From Curvularia clavata (taxonomy: Eukaryota): a DNA stretch of 64,000 nucleotides. The stretch covers positions 5,270,001-5,334,000 of the forward strand of contig CP089275.1 of assembly GCA_023920165.1 (NCBI GenBank), written 5' to 3'. The notes beneath the pieces are model-generated. The model saw only the letters and a program-made list of their open reading frames with translations, was not told the origin of the DNA and made no database searches. Each line of letters opens with the position of its first letter. The stretch's first letter is position 1. The position numbers were made by a program, and so were the translations under genes. Shown piece by piece: positions 1 to 13,315 of this stretch.

Positions 1-49
1 TCGGAAAAGGAAAGGAGAGAGAAAAAGAGAGCTAAGGGTTCAAACTTAC

Positions 50-2581
50 CAGGTCTAGTTGCTTTAGCCCCTTGGCTGCATTGGTGAGATACACAATCGC
101 ATTGTCGGTCAGATATGTGCAGTCGGCGAGACACAGCTTGGTGAGCCTGGGGAAAGGGTAAACGCTCCAGTGTTGGAAGCCTACGTCTGTGATGGTGGTG
201 CAACGCGTGAGGTCGATACTTTCGATGCGGTTGGCTGCATGAACGGCAATGTGTGCCATGCTCCGATCGGTGATGTGCTTGCAGTAACTCAACGTTAACC
301 GTCTGAGCTTTGGGCAGCCTACCACTGTGCCGGGTGGTAGTGGCTGAGGTGGTTGACTGTTGGCGCCTTTTCCTTGCCGGCGTCCGTTCATTTGAGCCTG
401 CTGTTGGGCGTGGGCCATGGCCATTTGAGGAGGCATGTCGGGTACTATCCAGCCTATTACTCGGGCAAGGAGGTTGTCTCCCACCTTTCTGCAGTTGCTG
501 AGGTCCACCTCTTCCAGGCCCTTGGCTTTCTGTACCATCTCCAGCACAGCAGGTCCGGTGATATCCCAAACACTCTTCATACGCCATATTCTGACACCTG
601 GGGCACAGGTCTTTGCTAACTCGCCAAAGCCCTCATCTGTGACATGAAAGCAGTTACTGATGTTGACGGATCGTGGCCGGCTGCCTACAAACGGACATAT
701 TATGTCGACAAGTGCCCTATCTGTGACTTTGCGGTTATATTTGGTAAGATCGAGATCATGAAGAATGTCGGGAGATTCTGATATGATTTTGCTCCAATGC
801 GAAGAAATGATGCGAAGTTTCATCAGCTCGTGAATGTCTAGATTTGACAAGATTTTGACCAATATGGAATCTGGTAATCTGCCTCTTGTGAATATGCTTG
901 GTTTCGTGATGAGGCGCGGGCGCTTGAAGTCGAATGGAACTTCTGGAGGAGTGGATGTATGTTTTGCTATAGTAAAAGACGGTGACGGCGAGAGCGGCGA
1001 TCCGTTGGGTGACGGAGTTCTTGGAAACTCAGTTTTGCTCGGACTCGTGGGTGCTTCTGGCACTGATCCAGGTGGTGGTGGGGCCAGTGATCCTCTGCGC
1101 GATCGTGATCTGACGTTGTCCAGGTCAACGTTTAGGAAAGGATCGGGATCAAATGGTTCCATCATCTTCTCGTCTCTCCGGATAGGAGCCACAGGGGTGT
1201 CGACAGCCATTGTTCCGTTGAAAGTAACGGTTGGCACACTCTTTTTTCTTCGTGGCGTTCTGGGTACTGTGGGGTCTGCTATGGCCAAGTCGTTGATGTT
1301 TGGTGTGCTATGCGCATCTGGCATGAGCACATCCTCGTCTTTGGCAGTCTGTAAGCGCTCTTTGGCGACAGACTCGACCTGCCGCCGTACGTCGGGAGTG
1401 CACTTTTCCCACAACTGGTTCAGGGTATCCCCGGTAATCATCAAGCATTCGACAGCGGATATGGAACGGACCGTGGCCGTGCGGCGCGGCGCGAGTGAGA
1501 GGCTGACAACCTCACCAAAGTACTGGCCAGCTTTCAACCGCGCCTTGACTTCTTGGAAGTTGTGCTCGCCCGCAGCAATTGACTTTCTTCGTCCCATTGT
1601 GGGCGAGGTGTAGCCGTTCGGTTCGGGCGCATTGGTGCTAATGACCTCGACTTCGCCTTTGACGATGAAAAAAACATCCCGACCTTGGGTACCCTGTTTT
1701 ATTATGTCTGTGAAAGGATCGAATGAGCATGGTTGGGCTCGCATGCCAATGAAGTGTAGAATGTCATCTGGCAGCTCGGAGAAGAGGGGCAGCTCTTTGA
1801 GTAGAGGCCTGACATGGAGGCTGTCACTTCCAAAAGCGCTATGGGCAATGGCTTCTGCAAGACCTGGGCTAGGTGATTTTCGCTTCTTGAAGGCATTGAC
1901 TTCGCCATCACGCAAAACACCGCTCTCTGCCATGACCACGTCGCCGTCTTCACGATCACGCTTGCCCGTTATTTGGCGCATGGGCGTTGGGCGCTTGGCA
2001 GCCAGTTCCGACTTTTTGCGCTGCAGAATGGCCAGGCGTTCCTGGGCCTCGTGCATAATGGCCACCTCGACGTCGGGAAACTTGGGCAGCTCCTTGGTAA
2101 GGTCTTCCTTGTTCAGGCGCACGACGAGGGAGCGCACATTGGCAATGATGGTGGCAGTCCGGGGAATGTCCATCAGAATGCCAATCTCGCCGAAGAAAGC
2201 TCCAGGCTTCAACTCGGCATAGGTGCTTTCCTGGTCCCGCGAGGTGACGCGCACAGCGCCGCGGACCAGCCAGTACATGGCCTTGCCCGTCTCGCCCTCT
2301 GTGAGAATTGTGTCATGGGGCTGGTACAGCTGCGGCTTGAGGTGCAATCCAATCTGGGCGAGGAAGGAATCGGGGGCGTCCCGAAAGAGGGGGAAGGAGC
2401 GCAGGCGGTCGAGCAGATCAAGCGGGAGACCCTGAATGGTAGAGGCGGCTAGCGGGGAGGGACGAATGGGCCTGGCGGGATTGGAGTCGCTATCGTAGGC
2501 GCGAACCATGGCGAAGGGGTCCGGCACTGGCACGCCTCCATGAGCACGCACTGGGCCACCGCCCGGCCTGTATCGGCGCAT
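50..2581 (-). CDS. Tandem cyclic-nucleotide-binding domain + F-box + LRR protein (3' end runs off the window)
   Basis: Two cNMP phosphate-binding cassettes (FGEIGILMDIPRTAT; FGEVVSLSLAPRRTAT), F-box (LPDSILVKILSNL...ISSHW) and cysteine-containing LRRs (LSYCKHITD, LTRCTTITD). A GTAAGT donor at ~49 on the minus strand shows the gene continues beyond the window. Confidence 0.9.
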
Positions 2582-3758
2582 GGAGGCGGTGTTGAGGGTA
2601 TGGGTGGTAGCGGTGAAGGTGGTGGTGGTAGCCGTGGACGTGTACGAGGGCGGCGATGGCTAAGGGCACAGGTGCCTGTCAAGAGGCAGCGAGGAGGGGC
2701 AGCGGCGTGGGGACGGGCTGGCGGTGAGGGAGGTCGTGTGCGGCGGTGGAGGGAGCGATGCAGCTCAGCTCATGGTGGTGGAGAGGGGTGGCGAAAATGT
2801 TTGCTCGGGTTTGTGCAGGGCAATGGTGGTGCGGGCGAGGAGGGAGCAGGATGGAGAGCTACTTGTGGGTGGACAATGGCGGTGGTGCTAGCAGCTAGAG
2901 GTCCGGCGGGTGGTGGTAGTGGTGGTGGTGGGAGTACGGGTACTGGGGCCCAGCTACTGCGTACGGGCGGGACGCACAGGACAAAACAAAGGGCGGTCGG
3001 GAGGGAGCTATTTTCAGAGGCCAAACTGGGTGCTCGGAGAGATGTTGGATGGAGTGCGGGACGAGGCTTTAGTCCCGCAACGCGCGCGCTGCCTGCATCG
3101 GCCTAACTTCTCTGCGTCTTCTCGAAACCAACGCCAGGGCACGGTGCCCACCACCACACCGGACACCCAGGTACACACAGCATTCACCACCATGCCATGC
3201 CATGCACGTCGCGTCCGGGCCTGCGCGCCCACTACTGAATTTGTCTTGACTAGGCTCACACGTCGCGCCCTCTTTGTCTCTCTCTCCGTGCTCCCGTCGG
3301 CCGCCCGTTTCACCTCGCAGCGCCCACCACCACTACCACGGCGACCCCCTCCCCCTCCACCACGCGCAGCACGAGACCACCACCTCGTTTCGTGCTACCG
3401 GGTCCTAATTATTGCGAACGACACCCGCCCCGCTAACGCACCAGCCTGCCAATCCCGGTACCTCCTGGGCGTGGGCTCTCAAGCCGCCCCTTGGCCCCCT
3501 CGCCCGCCGGCCCCTAGACGGCCGCATCACATCACGTCGCAGACAAGCCGTCTGCTCGTCGCACGTCATTCCAACCTGGCTCAGGTTACTGAATCTGGTC
3601 ATTCCTACAAATCCTCTCGCTGTGCGCCACAAACAAGCCCACGACATGGCGACTCTTACGGCCTCCACCCACGTGCAGCGCTAGGCGGATGCAGTCAGCG
3701 CGTCCGTGCACACCCTTACACTTCCCAGTCGTCCGTCCAAGCCAATTCCAATTCCGCA

Positions 3759-4710
3759 CTATCTCCTGCCGTCATCATTGTCGTATCTCTGCAGCCTCCC
3801 ATCATGCCATTTCTCATTTCTGCGACCCTCTCCGTTTCCATAGTCGCTCTGCCACCGCTCGCCTCGTCCCTCCTTCTTCTTCTGTCGCGCCTTGTCCCAG
3901 TGATCAGCCGCTTCTCTAGCCCCAACGCCTCCGAGAATCGCCCCAGCCACAGTCGCAGCAGTATCATACTGTCTACCTTTGCCTACCTGTTTGCCCGCAA
4001 GCCCCCCCACTAACGCTCCTCCAATCGTAGCAATGAATCGCCGTTTGGCGTCGTCTGCTCGTGACTGAGAGCCCGACTTTGAACGTGAGCGAGCTCTTCG
4101 TGATTCGGACCGACCTCGCCGTTCGGAACGTGGTGGGGACCATGAGGATCTTCTTCGTTGCGGCTCTGGTCGGCCGCGGTCTCGCTGCCCTGCTTGCATA
4201 TATGGCTATTTCAGTTAGCCCCTTGCCCTTTTCTCGTTACAGAGATGCTGTGATTTTACCTGCGTGCTCCATCCACCATACTCCTCAGGCCGATCACGAG
4301 GTACTCTGAATCCCGGCCCTGGCGCCCTGTTCATGTAGTCCGCTCGATCGGCCTCGTAATATCTTTGGTCCCTTGCATAGCCGTCTTGTCCACCTGCGCC
4401 GTACATCTCAGGGTTCGCCTCGTGGCTATATACGTCTTCCGGCGGTGCCTGAGTTGAGTCGTAGCCCTTGTCAGGGTGCTGTGGCGAATTCCCTGATGGC
4501 AGTTGTCTCGGTTGTGGTTGACGCCTCCTTCTTCCTGGCCTGGGTATGTTGGGTAGATGGTTGTACGTCCGGTCAAAATACCGGTCGGCAAATCTGTCCA
4601 GGCCTTCGAAGCCGAGCTCCTATATACCATTCATGACATCAGTCAGCGACCTTCGCAATCGTGAAATCAAGACAATACATAAGGCCGCGTACTACGAACT
4701 CTTCAGCCAT
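3759..4710 (-). CDS. Uncharacterised R/D-rich protein with C-terminal glycine-zipper (2TM-like) segment, 3 exons
   Basis: ATG at 4710 (MAEEFV), introns ~4620-4692 and ~4206-4259 join in frame (ELGFEGLDRFADRYFD...GWSTQ|PYMQAGQ). C-terminal TIGGALVGGLAGKQVG...VAGAILGGVGA glycine zipper. Confidence 0.75.
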
Positions 4711-6728
4711 ATCCGATGACTAGACCGTTGCGGTTGGTCCTTCCGGGGTATCCGTGTAGTACGGCTTCCACGCTCCGGTGATATGGGTCATGAAGTACCA
4801 ACGGCTCCTCGGCACTGGCAATCACCCGCTTTCATAGGGTTGCGCATCCTGGAGGCCTGACAATTCCCCAGCATGCCGGTTTTCGTGCTCTTCCACAATG
4901 ACGTAGGAGCCCGCTAGTCGCCTTTAGGCTAGCACGCTCGCCCACAAGGGACGGGAGCCGGCACGCGACGATCTAGATGCGATCTTTGCGCAAGGTGACG
5001 CTGCGCTCCGACCAGCGCCCAACTCGGCGCCCCAAGTCTCACTGGGCTATGCGACGATACCCTTGATGATAATGCGGTAGAATAATAGCTAGCGTGCCTC
5101 TGGAAACAAAACGGATCGAAACGGTCTTGCCGCACGGGTCCGTGCTCATCAAAGGGTCCATGTTCAACATCCTAACTACCGTGCCACCCCACGTCTGGTG
5201 TTTCCTCACTCACTCGAACGAAAATAAACTGTCAACCGGGAGTAAGCTTGCTCGCTGTACTGAAGCTAAAGCATTTGAAGAGGAGACTGTCATCAACTAC
5301 GCCTTTACTAAGAACGCCTTGTTGCAGAAGTTACTTAGATGGCTGCCCTATATACTGCCGCTATCTACAACAACGCATTTTACGGCTTGAAAAATAACAC
5401 AGAATTGTCCATTCAGAGGCATGTAGTCCCTGAAAGAGGTTTGCCGTGAATGGTTCAAAAAACGCATGTCATGTGGTAGAAGAGCATCGACTGGCCTGTT
5501 AGAACATATCACGCATACAAACAGGCGGGAGACGGCAACGTCTCATCTCCTTCCACACCTACTCTAAACAGGAGCAGCGATGTTATATCAGCTGACGATC
5601 AAAAATTCAGATCACATGAATCCTTCCAAGTGTTACAGTCCAATGCTGACTGGATCCTTTCGACAAAAACTTGTCATCCTAGCATTCCCTTCTCTGCCTT
5701 GTCCAGTTTCAAACGGCCGCCCTCCTAGGAGCCCACCCGACCGCGGAAGAGAGACGACTGATTAAGGGGAGGATGCGGGATATCTGGGTACTTATGCAGG
5801 CATAGAGAGGTGAGTGGTGAGCAGGTTACCAGAGAACACGTGTGTGGTGGCCAAGTAAGAGGGCATTTACTTTGTGCGGCAATCAGATCAGGCACAAACA
5901 CTGCAGAACTGTGAATTACACACGGCATGCTCAGCACTACCACGCAGGCGAGAAATGTTCTTGAGGCGCCTTTTTCTCGCTAAGGGGATTGGGGAAGGCT
6001 TTGCAATCTGGTCTTTGAAGCATGTCAAGGGGTGACCTGGGCTTCTGGTAATCACTGAGTACCATCTTGCATATGCATCTTAATAACCACTGGGGAGAGC
6101 CTGGTTCTGACTAGCCAGTTGGCTACTGACTTCTCCAGGTTCAACCCTGTCTGGATCGGAATAGTCATGCATAAGTTGCGGGAATCGGAAAGCTTATTTA
6201 ACGATAACATGTCCTGTTGTGTCTGCCTCTAGAGACGTTATTTCAACTCGGTTGTCTTGTTCTTGGGCTAGTTCCCAATGTATGCTCAATTCATTGTCAT
6301 GACCTCATGCCAACGCAAAATTCTCGCCGTCTTCCTCACATTTGTTCTCAATGTGCATGGATGTACTTCAACATTTTCAAATGCCGATTAAAGCATGGTT
6401 ACACGAATTGGGGGTATGCAGACAAGAACGGAGGACGAGCTTCAAATTGGGTTCACCCTGTGATTATGATTAAGCTTCAACCAATTCAGACATGGCGTTG
6501 AAGCCTCTGCTCTGTCAGTCCCATGCCGGCAAACTACTCCTTTGATCGCTCTGCTGTAAGCAGTCCGGCCGATCTTCCAAGGCATGCTTCTATGTAGCTG
6601 GCAGCTGGCAGCTGTAGCCATGCACCGGCTCCCTCTCGGCCACAGCAGGTTACTACCAGCCTCATGTACAGCGGCGCATTACCGCGTATGGCGGGTATTG
6701 AGTTGAGATGATACCACCCTCCCTATTT

Positions 6729-7481
6729 TCATCCAAATCGCTTTCCATAGCCCTTCACGACCCCATCCAATATACCACGCATCTTCTTGCATCCCTCAAT
6801 TCCCACCGCCAGCATTCCCTCTAGCCTCTCCATGCGAACTCTGCTCTCCATTACACACACCGCGACATTGTCGCTATCTCCCAACGTCGCCACCGTCAAA
6901 AAAGGCAACTCCAACTCCTCTTGATTATTCAGATCCAGCAGCGGATCATCCGCTGACGCATTATCCGCCGCAGACGCGGACGCGGACGACGCTGCTGTGC
7001 ACGCAACCAGGTAATCCGTCATGGGTATACCAGCATCAATCAGCGCCAGGGTCGCCGCATTCAAGCATGCAGCCAGCAGCGACCCATCCTGCGAGATGAT
7101 GTGAATATTCAGCGTAATCGTCGAGTGCGGATACAAATGCAGTAACAGCACGCCTTCAAACGCCGACCGCACACAATGCTCCATCTCGTTCGTCTTCTTG
7201 TCTGTCTTGCGCTTTCGCCTGTCCACGCCGCTGAACCCCGCAAAATGAATCTCCACTTCGATTTTCGCCAGCTTGTCGCTGCCACCGCGCTGCCCACTCT
7301 GCTTGCCCTCGGCGGGCCCGGTTACGGAGACTAGGACCTTGGTGTTGCCCATTTCGAGGTATGAGGAGCCGTCGGCGGCGGCTTGGGCTGAGATTTGTGC
7401 ATGTGTGCGGCGCAGTTCGTTCCATCGGCGGCCGTCGAGGCGCAGGAGCGCGAGCGAATAGGTGCTGGTGTCGAGAGGCAT
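6729..7481 (-). CDS. RRP41: Exosome core subunit Rrp41/Ski6 (RNase PH family)
   Basis: Intronless 250 aa ORF with RLDGRRWNELR, DGSSYLEMGNTKV and QDGSLLAACLNAATLALIDAGIPM RNase PH motifs. Confidence 0.92.
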   Translation of the reverse strand: MPLDTSTYSLALLRLDGRRWNELRRTHAQISAQAAADGSSYLEMGNTKVLVSVTGPAEGKQSGQRGGSDKLAKIEVEIHFAGFSGVDRRKRKTDKKTNEMEHCVRSAFEGVLLLHLYPHSTITLNIHIISQDGSLLAACLNAATLALIDAGIPMTDYLVACTAASSASASAADNASADDPLLDLNNQEELELPFLTVATLGDSDNVAVCVMESRVRMERLEGMLAVGIEGCKKMRGILDGVVKGYGKRFG

Positions 7482-7707
7482 TCTGATGGAGTTACCGCCC
7501 GGCTGGGATGTTGTGTTTGTGTTTTTATTATCCTTGCTCTTCTAGCCAATTACAATATTTTCGATTGCCTGTGTTGAATTGCGGGCGTTGTTTGGGTCTC
7601 TGAGCAAAGAGTGTAGTTGCGCCCGGTGATGACGATGTTGTGGATTTAGAAGCTCGAGGCTATTTGCGAATGGATATTTTGATCCAAGTGACAGGGATTA
7701 GCGGCCA

Positions 7708-7746
7708 GCGGGGCCCCGCCCTCACGTGAGAACGCGTTAGCGCGTT
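7708..7746. promoter_or_regulatory. Cluster of palindromic candidate cis-elements in the RRP41 / Rad26-like divergent promoter
   Basis: GCGGGGCCCCGC (7708-7719), CTCACGTGAG (7721-7730, E-box core), AACGCGTT (7731-7738, MCB core ACGCGT) and a further GCGCGT lie back to back in the ~430 bp head-to-head spacer. Confidence 0.45.
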
Positions 7747-7909
7747 TGGGCTGGACGGCGCTCTCCTTCTTCTTTGTCTATCGCTTTAATACAATACTTG
7801 CGATGCGCAACTTGATTCTGGATACCACCTGTTCTCACTTCTCCGATATAACTTGCTGGTCGGACTATGTGACAAGCGCGCTTGAAATCAAACATCCACA
7901 ATACCAGCT

Positions 7910-10900
7910 ATGTCGTCTAGCCGCGACAAAGATCCACGAAAGACTCTGAAAGCCTTCGCTGAGAGCGAGAACACCAGTGGCAGTAGCACAGACCATGATG
8001 ATTGCCTTGACATTGTAAAGAAATCGAAGAAAAATCTGCATTTCGTAGACCATAATGGTGGTTAGTAGCTACCGCTTATTTTCCACCATGGTCCTAATGT
8101 ATTCTAGTCTTGTCGCAAACTCAGACCCAGTTAGACGATGTAGATAAAGATAAACTCACGCGAAAGGCAGAGCGTTCTGCTACAGATGACGATGTGGATG
8201 TTCAAAAACGCTCAAGTCCTAGAAACAAGAGTCCAAATGGCACTGATCACGTTGAAACAGGCGCAGAATCTGAGTGGTCCGAAGAAGATACCAGAGCCGT
8301 GTACCAGAACTGGAAGGAACGCAAAACCCTCAAGCGAAAACGCATAGCTGCTGAGACCAACCGTATTCGTGCCGAGAAGAAGTCTAAAGCCGCAGCTGCG
8401 GCTACTGCAAGCATTATCGGTCGCAAGCCTGTGCCCAAGAAACATCAAAATGACGGCCCTACAGGATTCAGCACCGACTCGTTGGCTGAAGATAGCGGTG
8501 AGACGCCTTATCTGGACGATCCAATCCCAGACTACATGATTGCTCGGCAGCAGGTTCTCAGGAAGCTTCATGAAGCTGGTTTACGATACCCTCCCAGCTA
8601 CGAGGGCATAGACTTTTCCGATTCAGAAACCACTGAAAAGCCCAAATTAGACAAGGCGATCAAGCCGCAGAGGGAGAAGAAAGATATTAAGCTCGGTGGA
8701 TCTCATGGCATTATTCCTGCGCCAATCGCCCAGTGGCTGCGTGACTACCAAGTTGAAGGCGTCAAGTTTCTACATGAAAAGTTCGTCAAGCAAACAGGCG
8801 CCATACTGGGCGACGATATGGGCCTAGGCAAGACAATTCAAGTCATTGCCTTTCTCACCGCAGCTTTCGGAAAGACTGGTACTGAACGTGACGCCAAATG
8901 CATGCGCAAGATACGTCGCTTCGACAGGGATCGGTGGTACCCTCGGGTACTTATTGTTTGCCCAGGCACACTGATGCAGAACTGGGAAGATGAGCTTTCA
9001 AAGTGGGGTTGGTGGGAAGTGTACCGGTACCATGGCTCCAGCGCAGCAGACCGAAAGGGCGTTCTCAGTGCTGCGGCAAAGGGGATGCTAGAGATTATGA
9101 TCACGACATATACAACATACCGCAACAATGAGGGTGAGATCAACACAATAGACTGGGACTGCGTCATCGCCGATGAATGCCACCAGATCAAGAGTAGAGA
9201 TGCAGCGATAACTAAAGCCATGAACAAGATCAATGCGCTCTGTCGTATCGGTCTTACAGGCACTGCTATCCAAAATAAGTACGAAGAGATCTGGACCCTT
9301 TTGAACTGGGCGCGCCCTGGAGCCTATGGTTCGTCCCAGGCGTGGAAGCAAAATATCAGTCTTCCGCTGAAAATGGGTCAGGCCCACGACGCCACCAACG
9401 CCCAGCTGGCGGATGCGCGAAGCAAGGCCCAGGAACTTGTCCATAAGATTCTGCCGAGTGTATTCCTTCGTCGAATGAAGACGTTGATCGCTGATCAACT
9501 ACCCAAGAAGAGCGACCGCGTCGTTTTCTGCCAACTTACCGAAACTCAAGCTGATGCGTACCGCACCTTTCTCGAGAGCGAAAGATGCGAGTTCATTCGC
9601 GCCGCGCGACAAGATTGTCCCTGTGGATCAGGAAAAGGTAGGGGATATTGCTGCTACGTTAAAATCCCAGAAGAGAATGAGAAATGGGCAAACTTTGTCT
9701 TCCCGTGCATGGTCACTTTCCAGAAACTTGCCAACCATCTCGCCCTCATCGTGCCACTATCCACTGATCCCTCAGAAAAGCAAGCCAAGGACCTGAAGAC
9801 TTTAGAGTTGGCGTGTCCTGACACATACAAGAGTCTCTTTCGGATCCGCGACAACATCTTGGTGCAGTCACAGCGAGAATTCTGCGGGAAGTGGAAAGTG
9901 CTGAGACGTCTGCTGGACTTTTGGTACTCCAATGGCGACAAAGTTCTCATCTTCTCACATTCGGTCCGCCTCTTGCGGCTGCTGAGAGGTCTTTTCGATG
10001 TTGATGGCACCAAGTACAACTTCTCGTATCTCGACGGTAGCATGAAGTACGAAGATCGCTCACAAGCCGTGGTAGATTTCAATTCGGACCCAAATCAATT
10101 CGTGTTCCTTATATCGACCAAAGCTGGCGGTGTGGGACTCAACATTACGTCTGCCAACAAGGTCGTTGTAATGGATCCTCACTGGAACCCGGCATATGAC
10201 CTTCAAGCACAAGATCGGGCGTATCGAATTGGTCAGACGAGGAATGTCGAAGTATTTCGCTTGGTATCGAGTGGCACTATTGAAGAGATCGTCTATGCTC
10301 GCCAGGTTTACAAGCAACAACAAGCAAACATTGGCTATAATGCTTCAGAGGAACGACGTTACTTCAAAGGCGTAATGGATCAGTCCAGCAAGAAGGGCGA
10401 GCTCTTTGGCCTCGAAAACCTGTTCTCCTTCCAAGAGAACAACGTCGTACTCCGCGGAATCATGCACAAAACTAATGTGGCGGAATCCAAAGCCGGGGTG
10501 AATGCCTATGACTTTCAATTTGATGAAACGCAGTTCGACTCGGAGGACGAAGACATATTATTAGACAAAAACCTTGGTCTCGATGATGATGCTACTGTCG
10601 CTGGGATGAAGAAATTTACCGACTCAATTCTCTCAGACGCCAGCAGTAGCACCAATGAAAACAAAAGGCCTAAGCGCAGTGAGCCTGATGCCATCAGCGC
10701 CATCCTTGCCAAAGCAGGCGTGCAGTATACGCATGAAAACTCCGAGGTCATTGGCCGAAGCGAGATAGAAGCTCGCCTCGGGAAACAGGCTATGGAGTTA
10801 CGCAACGACGTTGACCTCGCAGGCAAGCGCGTGTTCAAAGGCTCGCAGTCGCAATCTCAGCATCCATTCAATCGATCCGAAGATGAGACTGATTCGAGCT

Positions 10901-11160
10901 CCGCGGAAGAGGACGAGCACAAGCCGGTTGTTGAAGCTACCACTCCAGGCGAATTCAAGATCAACTACCGGTTCAGGCCTAATGAAGACGTGCGAAAACG
11001 CCAATTCTACAGCATGGCGGAGAGTATGGGCTTCGATGATCCAGTAGAATTTGCCCTCTTGGTCGAGGGCAGTACTCAAGAAGAAAGGAGGAGAATGCTC
11101 GAGCGCTTCTATCGTGGACGAAGGAGGATATTGAAAAGAGAATTTCTTGGTTCAAAGTAG
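7910..11160 (+). CDS. SNF2-family DNA repair ATPase, Rad26-like / ERCC6L2-type
   Basis: LRDYQ, GDDMGLGKT (Walker A), DECH box, LTGTAIQN, FLISTKAGGVGLN, QAQDRAYRIGQ. Probable first exon 7910-8060 (MSSSRDKDP...) spliced via GTTAGT..CTAAT..TAG intron 8061-8107 in frame with the 8110 ORF. Confidence 0.9.
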
Positions 11161-11636
11161 TGGGCACAGTGATGTTTGTGGGCGGACAAGTCGATCGGAT
11201 ATCGATTACGGGTTACTGTCCGGTACTCGATTCGGCAATTCTCTTGGTATGTTTAGTGCTAGCGGTGACGTTACATAACTTCCCAAGGTTATGTTGCGGC
11301 GCCCTACGACAAGTCCCTGCCCCGCTTCGGACAAGAGCTTATCAACGGGTAGGATAACCTCAAACTTACTCTGCTTCCCGCTCCAGTTAGTGTGCGAAAT
11401 CTAAAAAAGCGATAAATAGGATGTTGACGTAAATCATTCACTCGAAAGCGCAAACTTTCATTCACCATATGCTCGTTGTATACTATCGAGCTCTTGTCAT
11501 GCTCCTTGGTAGCACCACTTGATATACTTCAACCGAAACTGGACGCTCCTATCTCAGCTGATCGGATATTTCCACACCTCAACATTGGACAGCGCAGTCG
11601 CGGCGACGCCATTGGTACTGCACAGTCTCTCCAGAA

Positions 11637-13315
11637 ATGTCTTCAACAGTTTCTGTGCTCTGGATCATTCCAGCAGTATTAGCGGCATTCTTGCATAGCT
11701 ACATACTGTATCCCTTCTTCTACAGCCCACTATCTCGCATCCCAGGCCCCAAGCTGTATGCCTTTACCAAGTGGCGGCTCGCATGGGACGACTGGACCGG
11801 CCAGCGGACACGCGTGATCCACGCCCTACATCAAAAGTACGGACCGGTGGTGCGCATCGGGCCGAATGAGATCCATTTCAACTCTCTCCACGCGTTACGC
11901 ACCATCTACGGTGCTGGAAGCGGATTCGAGCGTACAGACTTCTACCGCATGTTCGACGCATATGGGAGGAAGAATATATTCACATTTGGTAGTGGGTCAG
12001 AGCATGCGCAAAGAAAGCGACTAGTTACTCGCCCGTACTCCAAGAGCGGCCTTTCGCAGTACAAAGTGGACTATATTGTGCAGGAAAAGATCAAGGACTT
12101 TTTGAGACTATTGGAAGACCATCACGATGAAAAAGGGTTGGAGATCTTCACTGCGCTTCACTACTACTCGATCGATATGATCACCACGTTTTTGTATGGA
12201 ACGTCCGATTTCGGAGCCACAACAGCTCTACGAGGAACACCAGAACATCGCGCACTGTTGGGAGATATTATGGACCATGCTCGTCGGCGGCTGTCCTGGT
12301 TCGCAGTGCATCTTCCGCCCCTCACAAAGTGGATGTACACACGGACAGGGCTCATGGGCACCGTCGTCCGGCCGGTTCTTCCCATGGCCAAGCCAGCAAC
12401 TTATACCGGCATCCGAGCCCATGCACTAAGAGCCATGCATACATTCCGCGATGCCGGCCAAGCTTCACGGGCAAGAGCGGACAAGTCCATCATTAGTGAG
12501 CTTTATGCGGCTCAGTCAAAACTCAACACGAACATGGATGATCTGGATATTGCCAGTGAATGTGCAGACCATCTCCTCGCTGGAATTGATACAACAAGTG
12601 ACACGCTCATGTTCATAATTTGGTGTCTTTCCCTCCCTCGGAATGCACATGTGCAGCAGAAGTTGGTTGAAGAGTGCAAGGCCATTCCCGAAGATGAAAT
12701 CCATGAAGGTGCTGTCAACATAAGAACTGCCGACAGCATGCCGTACCTGAACGCCATTATCAAGGAAACCTTGCGTCTTTTCGCGCCTTTGCCGTCATCC
12801 GAGCCGAGATTGAGCAGGGCAGATGCGGTAGTTGACGATTACAATATCCCCCGAGGTACGGTGTGCAGCATGGCACCATACTCATTACATCGCAACGAAA
12901 ACGTCTTCCCTGACTCGCACGACTGGAAGCCTGAAAGGTGGCTGAACCAGGATAAAACAAAGCTAACGGAGATGGAGCGGTGGTTCTGGGCGTTCTCGAG
13001 TGGCGCTCGGATGTGCATCGGAATGCAGTGAGTGGCCCTACCATGTTCGTCCATGGCTCTGTACAGCCGTTGCTGACGTCTTAGTCTTGCCATGGCGGAA
13101 ATGGCGTTGGTACCGTCGCTGTACCGGAAGTATGGTTCAAGGGTATGCCCGGGGCAAGAAAACACGGCGCCGGGTATCACAGCTAGGTTCGAAGTCTTTA
13201 CCGACGACACGTTCCCAGAGATAAAGGTAGCCCCTCCCACCACAAAAACCTGGCACATGCTGATGATCGCTAGGAGCACACGTGCTGGGTGGAGTTTACT
13301 CCTCATGAATCATGA
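11637..13315 (+). CDS. Cytochrome P450 monooxygenase
   Basis: N-terminal anchor plus PGP hinge, AGIDTT I-helix, ETLR, PERW, FSSGARMCIG heme motif. Introns ~13028-13084 and ~13226-13273 give C-terminus ...EHTCWVEFTPHES*. Confidence 0.92.

Noticed and set aside
834..2452. Several + strand ORFs of 159-259 aa
   Set aside because: Antisense shadows of the cNMP/F-box gene.
2540..4013. Long + strand ORFs (188 aa and 367 aa)
   Set aside because: GC-rich low-complexity UTR/promoter DNA and antisense to real minus-strand genes; no protein-like motifs.
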